Positions 36,791 through 47,400 of a stretch of 64,000 nucleotides of DNA are shown here, in pieces. The translations under genes and the position numbers were made by a program. How positions within the stretch are numbered: position 1 is the stretch's first letter; the number at the start of each line of letters is the position of its first letter. Source of the stretch: an uncultured virus (IMG/VR IMGVR_UViG_3300032323_002498) (taxonomy: Duplodnaviria; Heunggongvirae; Uroviricota; Caudoviricetes). The notes beneath the pieces were generated by a model, which saw only the letters and a list, made by a program, of their open reading frames with translations, did no database searches and was not told the DNA's origin. The stretch lies in the IMG/VR virus record IMGVR_UViG_3300032323_002498; one strand, given 5' to 3'.

Positions 36791-38202
36791 GCAAGATTAC
36801 CAACGTCCGTTTGCCCAACGCGACCCAGGCGGGCTACGATCCGGCTCAGTTCAACCAGCTGGTGCGTTCACTGGAACAGGTGATTTTTCAGCTCAACAAT
36901 ACCTACTCCCCAGTTGTCACCGAGGACAAAGACTCGGCATATGCATGGTACGGAGATGGCGGAGGATTTATGGATACAACCGGTTTGCCCGTTCCTGTTT
37001 CACTCGGAGGCACCAACCTGGATGCCTTTGGGCGCTTGCGGGTCAGCAATCCTTTGACATTGTTTGACTCATCCCACCGTTATGCGGACAACAACCTGTG
37101 GGTCAACAGCATCACTGGAACCGCCGCAGCTACGTTCAATGCGAATGAGGGACTGGTGGACCTGACGGTGGGCTCGGCCAGCGGAGATCAGATCATCCGG
37201 GAGACCGTCAAAGTTTTTTCATACCAGCCAGGCAAAAGTTTGCTGGTCATGAACACGTTCATTTTCGGCACGGCCAAGGCCAACCTGCGCCAACGTGCGG
37301 GCTATTACGGGGCTGCCAACGGCATTTATTTTGAACGTGAGGGCACCACTAACTACATGGTCGAGCGCAGCAGCGTGACAGGCTCTGTGGTCAACACTCG
37401 AGTGGCTCAAGCCAATTGGAACCAAGACCCACTGGATGGCACTGGACCGTCAGGCTTGACGCTGGACTCATCCAAGGCGCAGATTCTGTACATGGACATC
37501 GAGTGGCTGGGCCTGGGCACTGTGCGTACCGGCTTCATCATCAACGGGGTTTTTGTACCCTGCCACAACTTTGACCACGCCAATCTGGTCAACACCACCT
37601 ACATCACCACCGCTTCACTCCCACTGCGGTACGAGATGACCAACGTGGCCGCGACTACCGGGGCAAGCACCCTCAAACAGGTCTGCTCAACCGTAATCTC
37701 TGAAGGCGGGTACGAGCTGCGCGGGGCACAGTTATCAGCCGGAACCACCATCACAACCCCGACAACGCTCACAACTGCAGGGACCTTCTATCCTGTCGTC
37801 TCCCTTCGCCTGAAGACAACCCGCCTGGATGCAATCGCCATCTTAACGGCGGTGTCGATCTTGGGCATCACCAATAACGCAAACTACAAGTGGGAGGTTG
37901 TAGCGTCTGGCACCACAACTGGGGGCACTTGGGTCAGTGCAGGGGCTAACTCGGCGGTGGAATACAACATTACCGGGACCGCATTTACTGTGGGTACTGG
38001 TCGAATTCTGGCGACGGGTTTTTTCCAAGGCTCTAACCAAGGGTCCAACAGCGTGGACATTTTGAAAGAAGCGTTGTTTGCTTCGCAGCTTGAGCGCAAT
38101 CCCTTCACCCCGACCGCTTATGAGTTGACGCTGGCCTGCACAGGGGCATCTAACGGTAATCAGGTTCTCGGTTCTTTGGACTGGGAAGAGATCAGTCGCT
38201 AA
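36787..38202 (+). CDS. tail-associated protein with a large beta-sandwich domain
   Basis: Short N-terminal helical anchor followed by DAFGRLRVSNP.TLFDS...YQPGKS...EWLG.G.VR domain. Confidence 0.7.
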   Translation: MSKITNVRLPNATQAGYDPAQFNQLVRSLEQVIFQLNNTYSPVVTEDKDSAYAWYGDGGGFMDTTGLPVPVSLGGTNLDAFGRLRVSNPLTLFDSSHRYADNNLWVNSITGTAAATFNANEGLVDLTVGSASGDQIIRETVKVFSYQPGKSLLVMNTFIFGTAKANLRQRAGYYGAANGIYFEREGTTNYMVERSSVTGSVVNTRVAQANWNQDPLDGTGPSGLTLDSSKAQILYMDIEWLGLGTVRTGFIINGVFVPCHNFDHANLVNTTYITTASLPLRYEMTNVAATTGASTLKQVCSTVISEGGYELRGAQLSAGTTITTPTTLTTAGTFYPVVSLRLKTTRLDAIAILTAVSILGITNNANYKWEVVASGTTTGGTWVSAGANSAVEYNITGTAFTVGTGRILATGFFQGSNQGSNSVDILKEALFASQLERNPFTPTAYELTLACTGASNGNQVLGSLDWEEISR

Positions 38203-38211
38203 GGAGACAAG

Positions 38212-38538
38212 ATGGCCAACAAATACCTTCGCAAGACGCTCATCCCATTGGCAGCCACTGAAACGGACCTGTATGAGGTGCCTGCGGCCAATTCCGCGAT
38301 CGTTCGTTCATTGCGGGTTACCAATGCCGGATCGGGCACGTCGTCTATCACGGTTACCCACACAGGAACAGGCACGACTTATTTCCTGCAAAAGGCCCGT
38401 CCGCTGACTGTTAACGCGACTTTTGACGTTTTTAGTGGCATTCCATGCGTTTTAGAGGCGGGGGACAAGCTGCGGGTTACCTCAAGCGTCGCAGGAACTC
38501 ATTTTTACTTGTCCTACATGGAACTAGATCGCAACTGA
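38212..38538 (+). CDS. small structural protein
   Basis: MAN.Y...LY.VP.....IV.S..V.N...VLEAGD.L. Confidence 0.7.
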   Translation: MANKYLRKTLIPLAATETDLYEVPAANSAIVRSLRVTNAGSGTSSITVTHTGTGTTYFLQKARPLTVNATFDVFSGIPCVLEAGDKLRVTSSVAGTHFYLSYMELDRN

Positions 38539-38542
38539 TCAG

Positions 38543-38646
38543 TGGACAAAACTTGACTTTTTGTTGGATAATTTCAGCCATTCACGCGTCCTTTCCCGGC
38601 GCGCAGCCCCACGTGAGGCTACTGGCAAAAACTGGAAAGGACTATC
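38543..38646 (+). promoter_or_regulatory. promoter and structured leader of the ejection-protein operon
   Basis: TGGACA-18 bp-GATAAT; GTCCTTTCC (38588-38596) pairs with GGAAAGGAC (38634-38642), which covers the RBS. Confidence 0.55.
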
Positions 38647-40638
38647 ATGGTAAATGAAGGAATCATGGCGCTGCCCCAAGACGGCATGCCCATGCAGAGC
38701 GAAGCGCCTGCGGACGACCGTCCCATTGTTTCAAGCGCTGACTCTTACGACGCAGCCCAAACGGTGCTCCAGGAGCGCAGCCCTGAAGAGTACGCTGCCC
38801 TCAAGCAGACCATGCGCGAGAGCCTGGCTGACGTGGAACTGTCACCAAACGAGATCAGTTCCCTGCTTGAGACCCTGGTCTACATGTCTCAAAACCCCGC
38901 TGAGTACAACCAGCTGCGTCAAAACCTCATCAATACCGACGTCATTGACCCTGAAGACATGCCGGAAGAGTACGACCCAGAGTTCCTGGGCGCACTTATC
39001 TCCCTCCTGCATGAGATGCAGCTGATGCAGTTTGAAGGGGCACAGGCTCCCATGACGGACATGCCCCCTGTGCAGGGGGTAGATGCCATGCAGGGCCTCG
39101 ACGGAACTCAACCGTTGGCCATGGCCCGAGGCGGTTTGGCCGACGTGGCGTCTTACCTGGCCGCTCAGGGTCGCAATGGCGACACGATGCTGGCTCACAT
39201 CACCCCAGATGAGGCCCGGTTGCTCAAGAGCCGTGGCGGCTCGGGCACGATTAACCCGGTCACGGGCCTGCCTGAGTTCTTCCTCAAGAAGGCCTTTAAG
39301 AAGATCGGCGGTGCCCTCAAGAAGGTGCTTCAGAACCCTGTCGGCCGTGTTTTGGCCACAGTGGGTCTGGCCGCTGTCCTCGGACCAACGGCCGTCGGCA
39401 TGACGCTGGGCAAGGCAGGAACTGCTGCTGTGGCGGCTGGTGGCGTGACGCTGGCCGGTGGCGGTAATCTCAAAGAGGCCTTGATGGCCGGAGCCACCGG
39501 TTACTTTGGCGGCGGCGGCACTATCGGCGGCTTCAGCCCCATGGGCACGCTCAGCCGCTTCCTGCCAGGTGCTGCAGGCAGTGCATTGAACACAGGTTTG
39601 GCCACTGGCGTCTTGGGAGCCGGTATCGGCAAGCTCGGCGGCATGAGCACTCAGGATGCTTTGAGGTCCGGCCTGATGTCAGGCTTGTCGGCTGCTGCGC
39701 TGCAGGGCCTTGAAAACTCGCGAGCCGGAGCCCCGAGCACGCCTGCTCAGCCCCAGCCTCAGGCTGGGATGCAGCAACAAAGCCCGTTTTCGGGTATGCA
39801 AAGCGACGGCACGGCCAGAAGCATGCTCTCGACTATCCCTGATCAGCGGATGTCGTTTGGCTCTCCAAACATGCCTGGCGCAGCACCTATCGCGCCTACA
39901 GCGCCTGCGGGCACTGAGTCCCAGGGCTTCTTCAGCCGGATGTTTGGCCCTTCCCCTGCTGCTCCAACAGCTGCTCTGACTCCAAGCACCGTCAGTGCAA
40001 CGGGTGCCCCTGCCGCCGCTGCTCCTGCAGCGGCCGCAGGCATGGGCCTGGTTCCAAAGATCGGCCTGGGCCTCCTCGGGGCAGGTGCGCTGGGCGGCTT
40101 CAAGGCCAAGGACAACACCAACCCTATTTCGAAGGCTGAGACGGATCGGTACAACGAGTCTGTGCAACGGGCCAAAGAGCGCGACCAGCTCATTAGAGGA
40201 GGAGGTTTTGGCCTGGAGTCTCCTGCGCTCGATCCCAACTTTAATCCGATTGTGGCCACAGATTACTCTGCAGCGATGCCGTTTATGACCGCTGCGCCAG
40301 TTGTGCCCACCGGCATCACACGTACCCCATCAGGCGTAGCGCAGCCTTACAACGTTGCAGGTATGTATGGCGTGCCCATGGTCTACGGGCAGATGCCAAT
40401 ACAAAACTTTGCCAAGGGCGGTGCGCCTGTGCCTACAAACTTCCCTCGCAAGACCGGAGCAATCAACGGCCCCGGCACTGGTACCTCGGACGACATTCCG
40501 GCCATGCTGTCGGATGGAGAGTTTGTATTCACTGCCAAGGCAGTGCGCAATGCTGGCGCAGGAAGTCGCCGCAAAGGCGCAGCGCGCATGTATAAACTCA
40601 TGAAGATGCTTGAAGGCGGTCCTGTAAAGGGGAAATAA
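38647..40638 (+). CDS. internal virion/ejection protein A
   Basis: GRNGDT.LAHI module, amphipathic and Gly-rich hydrophobic segments, GPGTGTSDDIPAMLSDGEFV module. Confidence 0.7.
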   Translation: MVNEGIMALPQDGMPMQSEAPADDRPIVSSADSYDAAQTVLQERSPEEYAALKQTMRESLADVELSPNEISSLLETLVYMSQNPAEYNQLRQNLINTDVIDPEDMPEEYDPEFLGALISLLHEMQLMQFEGAQAPMTDMPPVQGVDAMQGLDGTQPLAMARGGLADVASYLAAQGRNGDTMLAHITPDEARLLKSRGGSGTINPVTGLPEFFLKKAFKKIGGALKKVLQNPVGRVLATVGLAAVLGPTAVGMTLGKAGTAAVAAGGVTLAGGGNLKEALMAGATGYFGGGGTIGGFSPMGTLSRFLPGAAGSALNTGLATGVLGAGIGKLGGMSTQDALRSGLMSGLSAAALQGLENSRAGAPSTPAQPQPQAGMQQQSPFSGMQSDGTARSMLSTIPDQRMSFGSPNMPGAAPIAPTAPAGTESQGFFSRMFGPSPAAPTAALTPSTVSATGAPAAAAPAAAAGMGLVPKIGLGLLGAGALGGFKAKDNTNPISKAETDRYNESVQRAKERDQLIRGGGFGLESPALDPNFNPIVATDYSAAMPFMTAAPVVPTGITRTPSGVAQPYNVAGMYGVPMVYGQMPIQNFAKGGAPVPTNFPRKTGAINGPGTGTSDDIPAMLSDGEFVFTAKAVRNAGAGSRRKGAARMYKLMKMLEGGPVKGK

Positions 40639-42432
40639 ATGGCAACCACAACACAAACACAGATAGTCCAAGAAAGCCCAGAAGTCGAGAAGGCAAAACT
40701 CCGCCTGATGGAGCAGGCGGAGAACCTGGCTTTTGGTGGCCCGGACAGAGAAGGCGCTGCCCGGTATTTCCAGCAAAACCCAGATGTTGCTGCCGCGTTC
40801 AGGGCAAACCCCGGCGGTTTGTCGGCTGAGCAGTTTGCTGCAAAGCACTTCCAGGAGTTTGGTGCGGCAGAAGGCCGCGCTTCTCCCAATCGCCCCAGCC
40901 TTGCTTCCCAGTTGCCCGCTTTCAACGTGGCGGCTTTTACGCCAGCGCAGCAAGCTGCATTGGACGCCGCTTCTCGCCAGGGCATCGGGGCATTCAACCC
41001 CTACCTGGAGAGCGCCAATGCTGCCTTGCAGGCCGCTTACGGCACGACAGGCGAAGCAGCAGACGTGCTGCGCGGCGCAGACACCCGTAACCAGTTCTTT
41101 GACGCACAAGCTGCCATGCGCCAGGCTGCGCAAGCCGCTGCCAACACCACTGCAGGCATTGGCCAGATCGGTGAAGGCCTGAGCTACTTGGACAGCGCTG
41201 CAAGGCGTGCCGCGATGTCCGACACCACTGGCCAGTTTGGCGCTGCTCGTCAAGACCTGCAATCAGGCCTTGGCGCGTTGTCCACGGCCCAAAACCTCGC
41301 AGCAGGTTCCAGCCAGGCAAACCTCAACCCCGCTACATCCACCATCGGCATGGGCCTGCTGCAGGGCCAGCAGACGTTGGGCATGGGCATCGGCGCACTT
41401 GGTGGTGCAGCGCAGGGCTACGACCCCCGCTCCGCGCAAGCCTTCATGGACCCTTACCGCCAGCAGGTCATTGACGAGGCGATGCGCCAGATCAACCGCC
41501 AGGGCGCGATTGCTGGACAAGGCCTGGCAGCCCAGGCTGTCCGGTCGGGCGCATTTGGCGGTGAGCGCGAAGGCGTGCAGCGTGCTGAGATGGAACGCAA
41601 CCTGATGGACCAGCGTGCGTCCACCATCGCCAACCTCTTGTCGCAGGGCTACACCCAGGCGCAGGGCCAGGCCATGAACGCGTTCGAGCAGCAACAGCAG
41701 CGTCAGATGCAAGCTGGCCAAGGTATTGGCCAGTTGGGCGCGCAGCAAGCTCAGTTGGGTGTGCAGGCTGGTAGCCAGTTGGGCAACCTCGGCGTGCAGC
41801 AGGCCCAGTTGGGTCAGGGCGCTGCCGGTCAGTTCCTGCAGGCTGGCCAACAGTACGGCAACCTGGCTTCTCAGGGCGGCGCACTGGCAGGGCAAGAATC
41901 CGCCATCAATCAAAACATCGCCAACCTTCTGATGCAGCAGGCTCAGGCGCGCAACCAGGCAGCCCAGACAGCCGCTGGCATCTTTGGCCAACAGGGCCAG
42001 CAATTCCAGCAGCTTGGTCAGGGCATCGGCAGCTTGGCTGGCCAGCAGTTTGGCATTGGCCAACAGCAGGCTCAGGGCCTTGGCGCGATGGCTGGTCAGC
42101 TTGGTCAGCTCGGTGTGCAGCAGGCAGCTCTTGGCCAGACCGCTCAAGGGATGCAGCAAGGCGACATCAACTTCCTGTTCAACACAGGCCAGGCTCGCCA
42201 GGCGCTCAACCAGCAGGCGATCGACGCCCAACGGGCCACGCAGATGCAACAGGTCTACGCGCCTTACCAGCAAGCAGGCTTCTTGTCGGATATTTACAGG
42301 GGCGCACCGTCCTCGCAGATGCAAACCAGCGTCGTGAGCACACCTACCGCCAGCCCATTCCAGCAGGCAGTGGGCATTGGCTTGGGGGCGCTGTCTACGG
42401 TAGCAGGTGCCAAACGTGCTGGTCTTTTTTAA
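40639..42432 (+). CDS. Gln/Gly/Ala-rich ejection (DNA pilot-like) protein
   Basis: FMDPY.QQVID, GAFGG.R, GQLGxQQ repeats, hydrophobic C-terminus. Confidence 0.7.
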   Translation: MATTTQTQIVQESPEVEKAKLRLMEQAENLAFGGPDREGAARYFQQNPDVAAAFRANPGGLSAEQFAAKHFQEFGAAEGRASPNRPSLASQLPAFNVAAFTPAQQAALDAASRQGIGAFNPYLESANAALQAAYGTTGEAADVLRGADTRNQFFDAQAAMRQAAQAAANTTAGIGQIGEGLSYLDSAARRAAMSDTTGQFGAARQDLQSGLGALSTAQNLAAGSSQANLNPATSTIGMGLLQGQQTLGMGIGALGGAAQGYDPRSAQAFMDPYRQQVIDEAMRQINRQGAIAGQGLAAQAVRSGAFGGEREGVQRAEMERNLMDQRASTIANLLSQGYTQAQGQAMNAFEQQQQRQMQAGQGIGQLGAQQAQLGVQAGSQLGNLGVQQAQLGQGAAGQFLQAGQQYGNLASQGGALAGQESAINQNIANLLMQQAQARNQAAQTAAGIFGQQGQQFQQLGQGIGSLAGQQFGIGQQQAQGLGAMAGQLGQLGVQQAALGQTAQGMQQGDINFLFNTGQARQALNQQAIDAQRATQMQQVYAPYQQAGFLSDIYRGAPSSQMQTSVVSTPTASPFQQAVGIGLGALSTVAGAKRAGLF

Positions 42433-42441
42433 GGAATCGAC

Positions 42442-44460
42442 ATGAACAAGAAAATGATGAAAGACGACGACGTCGAAAACGTCGGCATCATGCAGGGCTT
42501 TATGGACTCCATGTCCGAGGACGACGAAGACGAGGGCGATGACGAGGGCGACAGCCCTGAGGCAATGCTGGAGCGTCGTCCCAACACGCCAGAAATCTTG
42601 ATGAACAACCTGCGTGGCGACATGCGCTCGATTGACGCGCGCCGTGACGAGTTGGCCGATCTTGTTGGTTACCAAGCCGCCACTGAGACACCTGAGACTG
42701 TGCTCGCGATGCTGCAGCCTATCTTGGCGCAGCAAGGCGGTATCGCCGCGTTGCCTCAGTCACAGCCCATGGCTCAAGGACCACAGGCCCCGATGATGGG
42801 TGGCGCTCCTGGTATGCCTCCACCCGGCATGCCTCCAGTGCCTGCTGACATGGGCACGCCGCCTCCTGGCATGCCCCCGCTGCCTCCTGACGCTGGCATG
42901 CCTCCACCTCCCCAGCAAGGCGGTATCGCCGAGCTGATGGCAGGCATGGGCGGCGCACCTGCCTCTGACCAGCCGCCAGTTGCAATGGCCAAAGGCGGGC
43001 TCGTCCAAAATTTCAGCGAAGGGTCAGATGAAGAAGGCGTGACCCCCGTCGCTCAACAAGCGCCTTCTGAGGCATCAATGCTGTTCCCACGGGAGATGGT
43101 GGATGCTGCACGCCAGCAGGCCATGGGCTTGTTTAACCAACAGCCAACAAGGACTCCGACCTTGGACGAGGCAGTTGCATCTCGCCTGCCTACGCTCAAC
43201 CGACTGTTGGGTCCGGACAGGAACGCCATGCAGGCGCAGATGCTGTTTGACCTCGGACAACGGGCCTTTGGCTTTGCTGCGAACACAGACGAGACAGGCC
43301 GTCCATTGACCGGCAGTTTTATGTCTCGTTTGGCAGGAGCCACACGAACACTGCCCGCCGCCATGGGCCGACAGCTTGACCAGATCACCCAGATCGACCG
43401 TCAGATCAAGACGCTGGCGCTGCAGCAGGGCGAGAAGGACATTGACAAAGTCTCCGCTAAAAATGCCGAACTGGAAAAGCGCAAGGGCACTTTGCTCAAC
43501 GAAGTGTTGCGTGCTCAGGCGAGGATTGAGGCCAAGAAGACTGGCAGCCAAACTCCCAACCCGTTTGGCAACAGCTTGGATGGACGCATCATGAATGCGT
43601 TTGCGACCATAGGTCCAAAAGTCGAAGACGGCACTGCCACGCCGGAAGAGGCGAGAATCCTGTCATTGGCAAAGGACAAGTGGACACAGCCTACCCTAGT
43701 GCCGATCATGGACCCCGTGACAAACATGATCAGCGGGTACAGAGAAATACGCAAAGAGCTGCCCAGCATCGTAAGCTCCGGTGGTCCGACAAGGCCGAGT
43801 GCGGCTCCCGGCCAAGTGGGTCCGGGCGCTCCTGTCGGCCAAGTCGACATGGTCGATCAAGGTGGCCAGATGCCTCCACCGCCAAGGGTGAATCGCCCTG
43901 CGGGGGCCGCTCCTGTGCCAGAGGAAGGCGCTCCTCAGATTTCCCTGTGGGAAGACCGTTACAAGATTTCTGGACCGGTGAGTGCTGCAAAGAACTTTAT
44001 CTCGGGCATTCCAGGACTGGGCGACCCCTTCCAGGAAATCACCTTGGCACGTCAAGCAGCCTCTCAGCAGGCTGAGCGCATTGTTGATTCTCTGCTCAAG
44101 AGCACTCAAGGCAGTGTCCGAGAGCAGGAGCGCCTGCGCCCTGTGATCGGCATCATCCCCAACGCCACTCTGGACCCCGATGCATACGGTACAAAACTCA
44201 TTGCGCTGGGCGGCACTCTGCGCAGCATGATTGAAGAGTACCAAGAGCAGGGCAAGGAGACCTCAGGGCTGACTCCTGCTGCCAAGGGTTTGGCGCGGCA
44301 ACGTGCCTCGGCCCTTCAGCAGCAATACAATAACTTGGGTCTTCCTCCAGTTGTGATGACTCAGGAAGAGATCAAGAACTACCCCCCTGGCACGGAAGTC
44401 CTGTGGCAGGGTACTCGGCTCTACCGAGTTGCTGACAGGCCAAGAGGCGGAAACAATTAA
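42442..44460 (+). CDS. internal virion/ejection protein
   Basis: Position; ELA.LVG..AA..TPE.VL..LQP; MAKGG motif. Confidence 0.65.
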   Translation: MNKKMMKDDDVENVGIMQGFMDSMSEDDEDEGDDEGDSPEAMLERRPNTPEILMNNLRGDMRSIDARRDELADLVGYQAATETPETVLAMLQPILAQQGGIAALPQSQPMAQGPQAPMMGGAPGMPPPGMPPVPADMGTPPPGMPPLPPDAGMPPPPQQGGIAELMAGMGGAPASDQPPVAMAKGGLVQNFSEGSDEEGVTPVAQQAPSEASMLFPREMVDAARQQAMGLFNQQPTRTPTLDEAVASRLPTLNRLLGPDRNAMQAQMLFDLGQRAFGFAANTDETGRPLTGSFMSRLAGATRTLPAAMGRQLDQITQIDRQIKTLALQQGEKDIDKVSAKNAELEKRKGTLLNEVLRAQARIEAKKTGSQTPNPFGNSLDGRIMNAFATIGPKVEDGTATPEEARILSLAKDKWTQPTLVPIMDPVTNMISGYREIRKELPSIVSSGGPTRPSAAPGQVGPGAPVGQVDMVDQGGQMPPPPRVNRPAGAAPVPEEGAPQISLWEDRYKISGPVSAAKNFISGIPGLGDPFQEITLARQAASQQAERIVDSLLKSTQGSVREQERLRPVIGIIPNATLDPDAYGTKLIALGGTLRSMIEEYQEQGKETSGLTPAAKGLARQRASALQQQYNNLGLPPVVMTQEEIKNYPPGTEVLWQGTRLYRVADRPRGGNN

Positions 44461-44469
44461 GGAGCTTGC

Positions 44470-47400
44470 ATGTCCAAAGAAGATTCGATCCCTGCGGGCC
44501 TGGAGGAAGTAACACGTCCTCGCGCGAGGATGTTTGGGGAAACTGCAAGTGACGTGCCAGAAGGCCTTGTAGAAGCTACCCCAAGCACGATGGATCGCCT
44601 GAGCCAGTACGCTCAGGGCGCAGGGCAAGGACTTCTCACGGCCACTCCGACTGTGACCGGGGCCGTGGCCGGACTGAAGCTGGGCCTTCCCCTTGGCCCA
44701 GTCGGAGCCGTTGGCGGCATGGTGGCGGGCGGCGTTGGCGGCTTCTACGCTGGACAGAGCGCGGAAGAGGCCTACAAAGGGTTCTTTCCAGAGCCTGCTG
44801 ACCCTACGGCAAAGGTCTATCGGGAGGCAGGCAAGACATTCGGCGGCAGTCTGCCGTTCATGGCAGCCGTCCCCTATCTGCCTACGATGACCGGCAACCG
44901 CGTCAGCAGATTTGTCACAAGCATTCGCGACGCAGCTGTGCGCAATCCCAAGACGTTCAAGACCAGCGAGGTCATGGGGGCTCTTGGTGCAAGTCTCGGG
45001 GCCGGAATAGCGGAGAGCGAGGACCCCGGAGCACCCGGCACGCGCCTTGCCGGAGAGGTCGTTGGCGGTGTCCTGTTCCCAGGCCGCTTTTTGATCAACC
45101 AGACAGGAACCGTGATGGATGGCCTGTCGAAGATCGCGACCAACTTCAATGCAGGTTCGCGTGAAGCGCGGGCCGCGAACCGCCTGTATACGATTCTGGA
45201 AGAGTTTGGCGAGGACATCCCAACTCTGATTCGTCGCCTTGAAGCCGACATGCCGATTGACCAGCTGTCCATGCCCGGTGGAAAACGCATCACGCCCACC
45301 TCTGCACAAAAGACTGACAGCCTGGGCCTTACGGCACTGGAGTCAGCGTTGGGCCAGACCAACAAGAAGTTCCTGGGCGAAGCTCGGGAGCAAGGACGAC
45401 AGGCTGCCCAGGCTTACCAACTGCTGACAGACAGGCTCAAAAACATTGGCACTCAAGATGCCTTGTTCCTGGCCGCGCAGCTGCAGGAGGCACGCTTTAC
45501 CTCCATGCTTGACGGCCGTCTGCAAGACGCCGACAGGATCGCGGCGCTGAAGGTTTCCAAGCTCACGAAGGACACGCCTGAGGCAAGAAAGGCCATTGGA
45601 GCCACGATCAAGGAGCAGACCGAGCTCGCGCTGCGCGATGCGCGCGACTACGAGAGCAGTCTTTGGAAGGGCGCTTTGGACTCCCTGACCAAGCCTGACC
45701 TTAAGGCTTCCAGAAAGCGAACTGTAGTAGGGCAAGACCCGCAGACAGGAAAAGACATTGTTCGATATATTCCTGCCGCCCCTTCAATAGACCCTACCAA
45801 CACCGCCAACAGTTTTGCCGAGCGGGCAGCCAGTGTAGGTCAGGCCTTGTATGACACTGCCATCCCGAAACCTGTTCGTGACATCATGGACGCCATGGGG
45901 GTCAACCAAGACTCTGTAAAGAAGTTTCGAGAGGGTCGACGCACAAGGCAGTACCTGGAAACAGGTCAGGTTCCTCAGAGTTTCTTGCCCAAGACAAAGC
46001 CTATAAGCATTGACGAGCTGGTGAACTACCGTTCCACGCTGCTCAAGATGTCCCGCGAAGCCGCCGGGAAGGGCGACGTCAACAACGCAAACTTCTACGG
46101 CACGATGGCCGAGGGCATGCTGCAGGACCTCAACTCGCTCAAGAACCCTGAGTTTGAAGAGGCGCGTCAGTTCTCCAAGTCCTTGAACGACGTCTTCACC
46201 CGCACCTTTGCCAAGACTGCCTCCGAAACCGGGGACGTGGCAGGAAGCGGAGCAGAGCGCTTGCCAGCGGAGATTTTGGTGACGCGTGCCTTCGGCTCCA
46301 ACGCCGACGTGACTGCCATGCGCATGAACGAGATCGAGGGCGCGGTGAAGTTCATGTCCAAGCGCTACGACGACGCAGTGCGTGCCTTCGGTGCAGACAG
46401 CCCCCAGGCCATTGCGCTCAAGCCGGCCGCTGACGTCTCGCGCGCAGGAGCTGCATCGTTGGCTGATGCCCAGCAGCGCGTCCTGCGTATGGGCGCGTCG
46501 GCTGCCATCGACACTCGATTCGATCCGGCCACTGGCCGCGAGGTCACGCGCGTCAACACCAAAAAGCTGAACGACTTCGTCAAAGAAAACAAACCCATGC
46601 TGGACAAGCTGGGAATGACAGCGGACCTGACCGATGTGGTGAAAGCAGAGAACGCTTTCCGCATGGTTCAGAATGAGAACAGCGCGCTCATGAAGCGGGC
46701 CGCTGACCAGTACGCCTTTGGCAATGTCCTCAAGGCCGGCGGAGAGCGCCCCAGCACTGCGCTGGGCACTATCCTGAGCGGCAACACGCCTGTTCGCGAC
46801 ATGCAGAACCTGGTCAAGATGGCCACGGAAGCAGAGAACAGCACAGCCGCCGTTCGAGGCCTGAAGTCGTCGCTGTACGACTACGCATATACCAAGGCCA
46901 CAAGCCCCAATGGCAGTTTCAGCCCACAGGCTTTTGAAGACGCCTTCTTCAAGCCCCTGGGGCCAAACCTGCCATCGGTTGCCAACATCATGCGCGCCAA
47001 TGGCATCATGACCTTGAGCGAGATGAAGGGCCTCAAGCGCCTGACTGATCCGATGATCCGCATTGAAAGGTCCATGGCCAGCGGCCGCACGCTCGATGAG
47101 ATCGTGCCAGGCAGCGATGCGGTGGAAGAGCTGGTGCAGCGAGTCATTGGTGCACGTATCGGTACCGCAGCAGCTCCTAGCGGGCCTGGTGTACTGATTG
47201 CTGCTTCGGCAGGTTCCAAGGCTGTGCGCTCTATTTTCGACAAGATGCCTGGTCTGAACACCGTGACCCTTTTGGAAAGAGCGGCTCAAGACCCTGCCTA
47301 TGCGGCGCTGCTACTTAAAAAGGGCCGAACAGAGCGGGAGAAACTCCAAATTGCACGGCAGCTGCACGGTTACATGCTGAACTCAGGACTGACCTACGCC

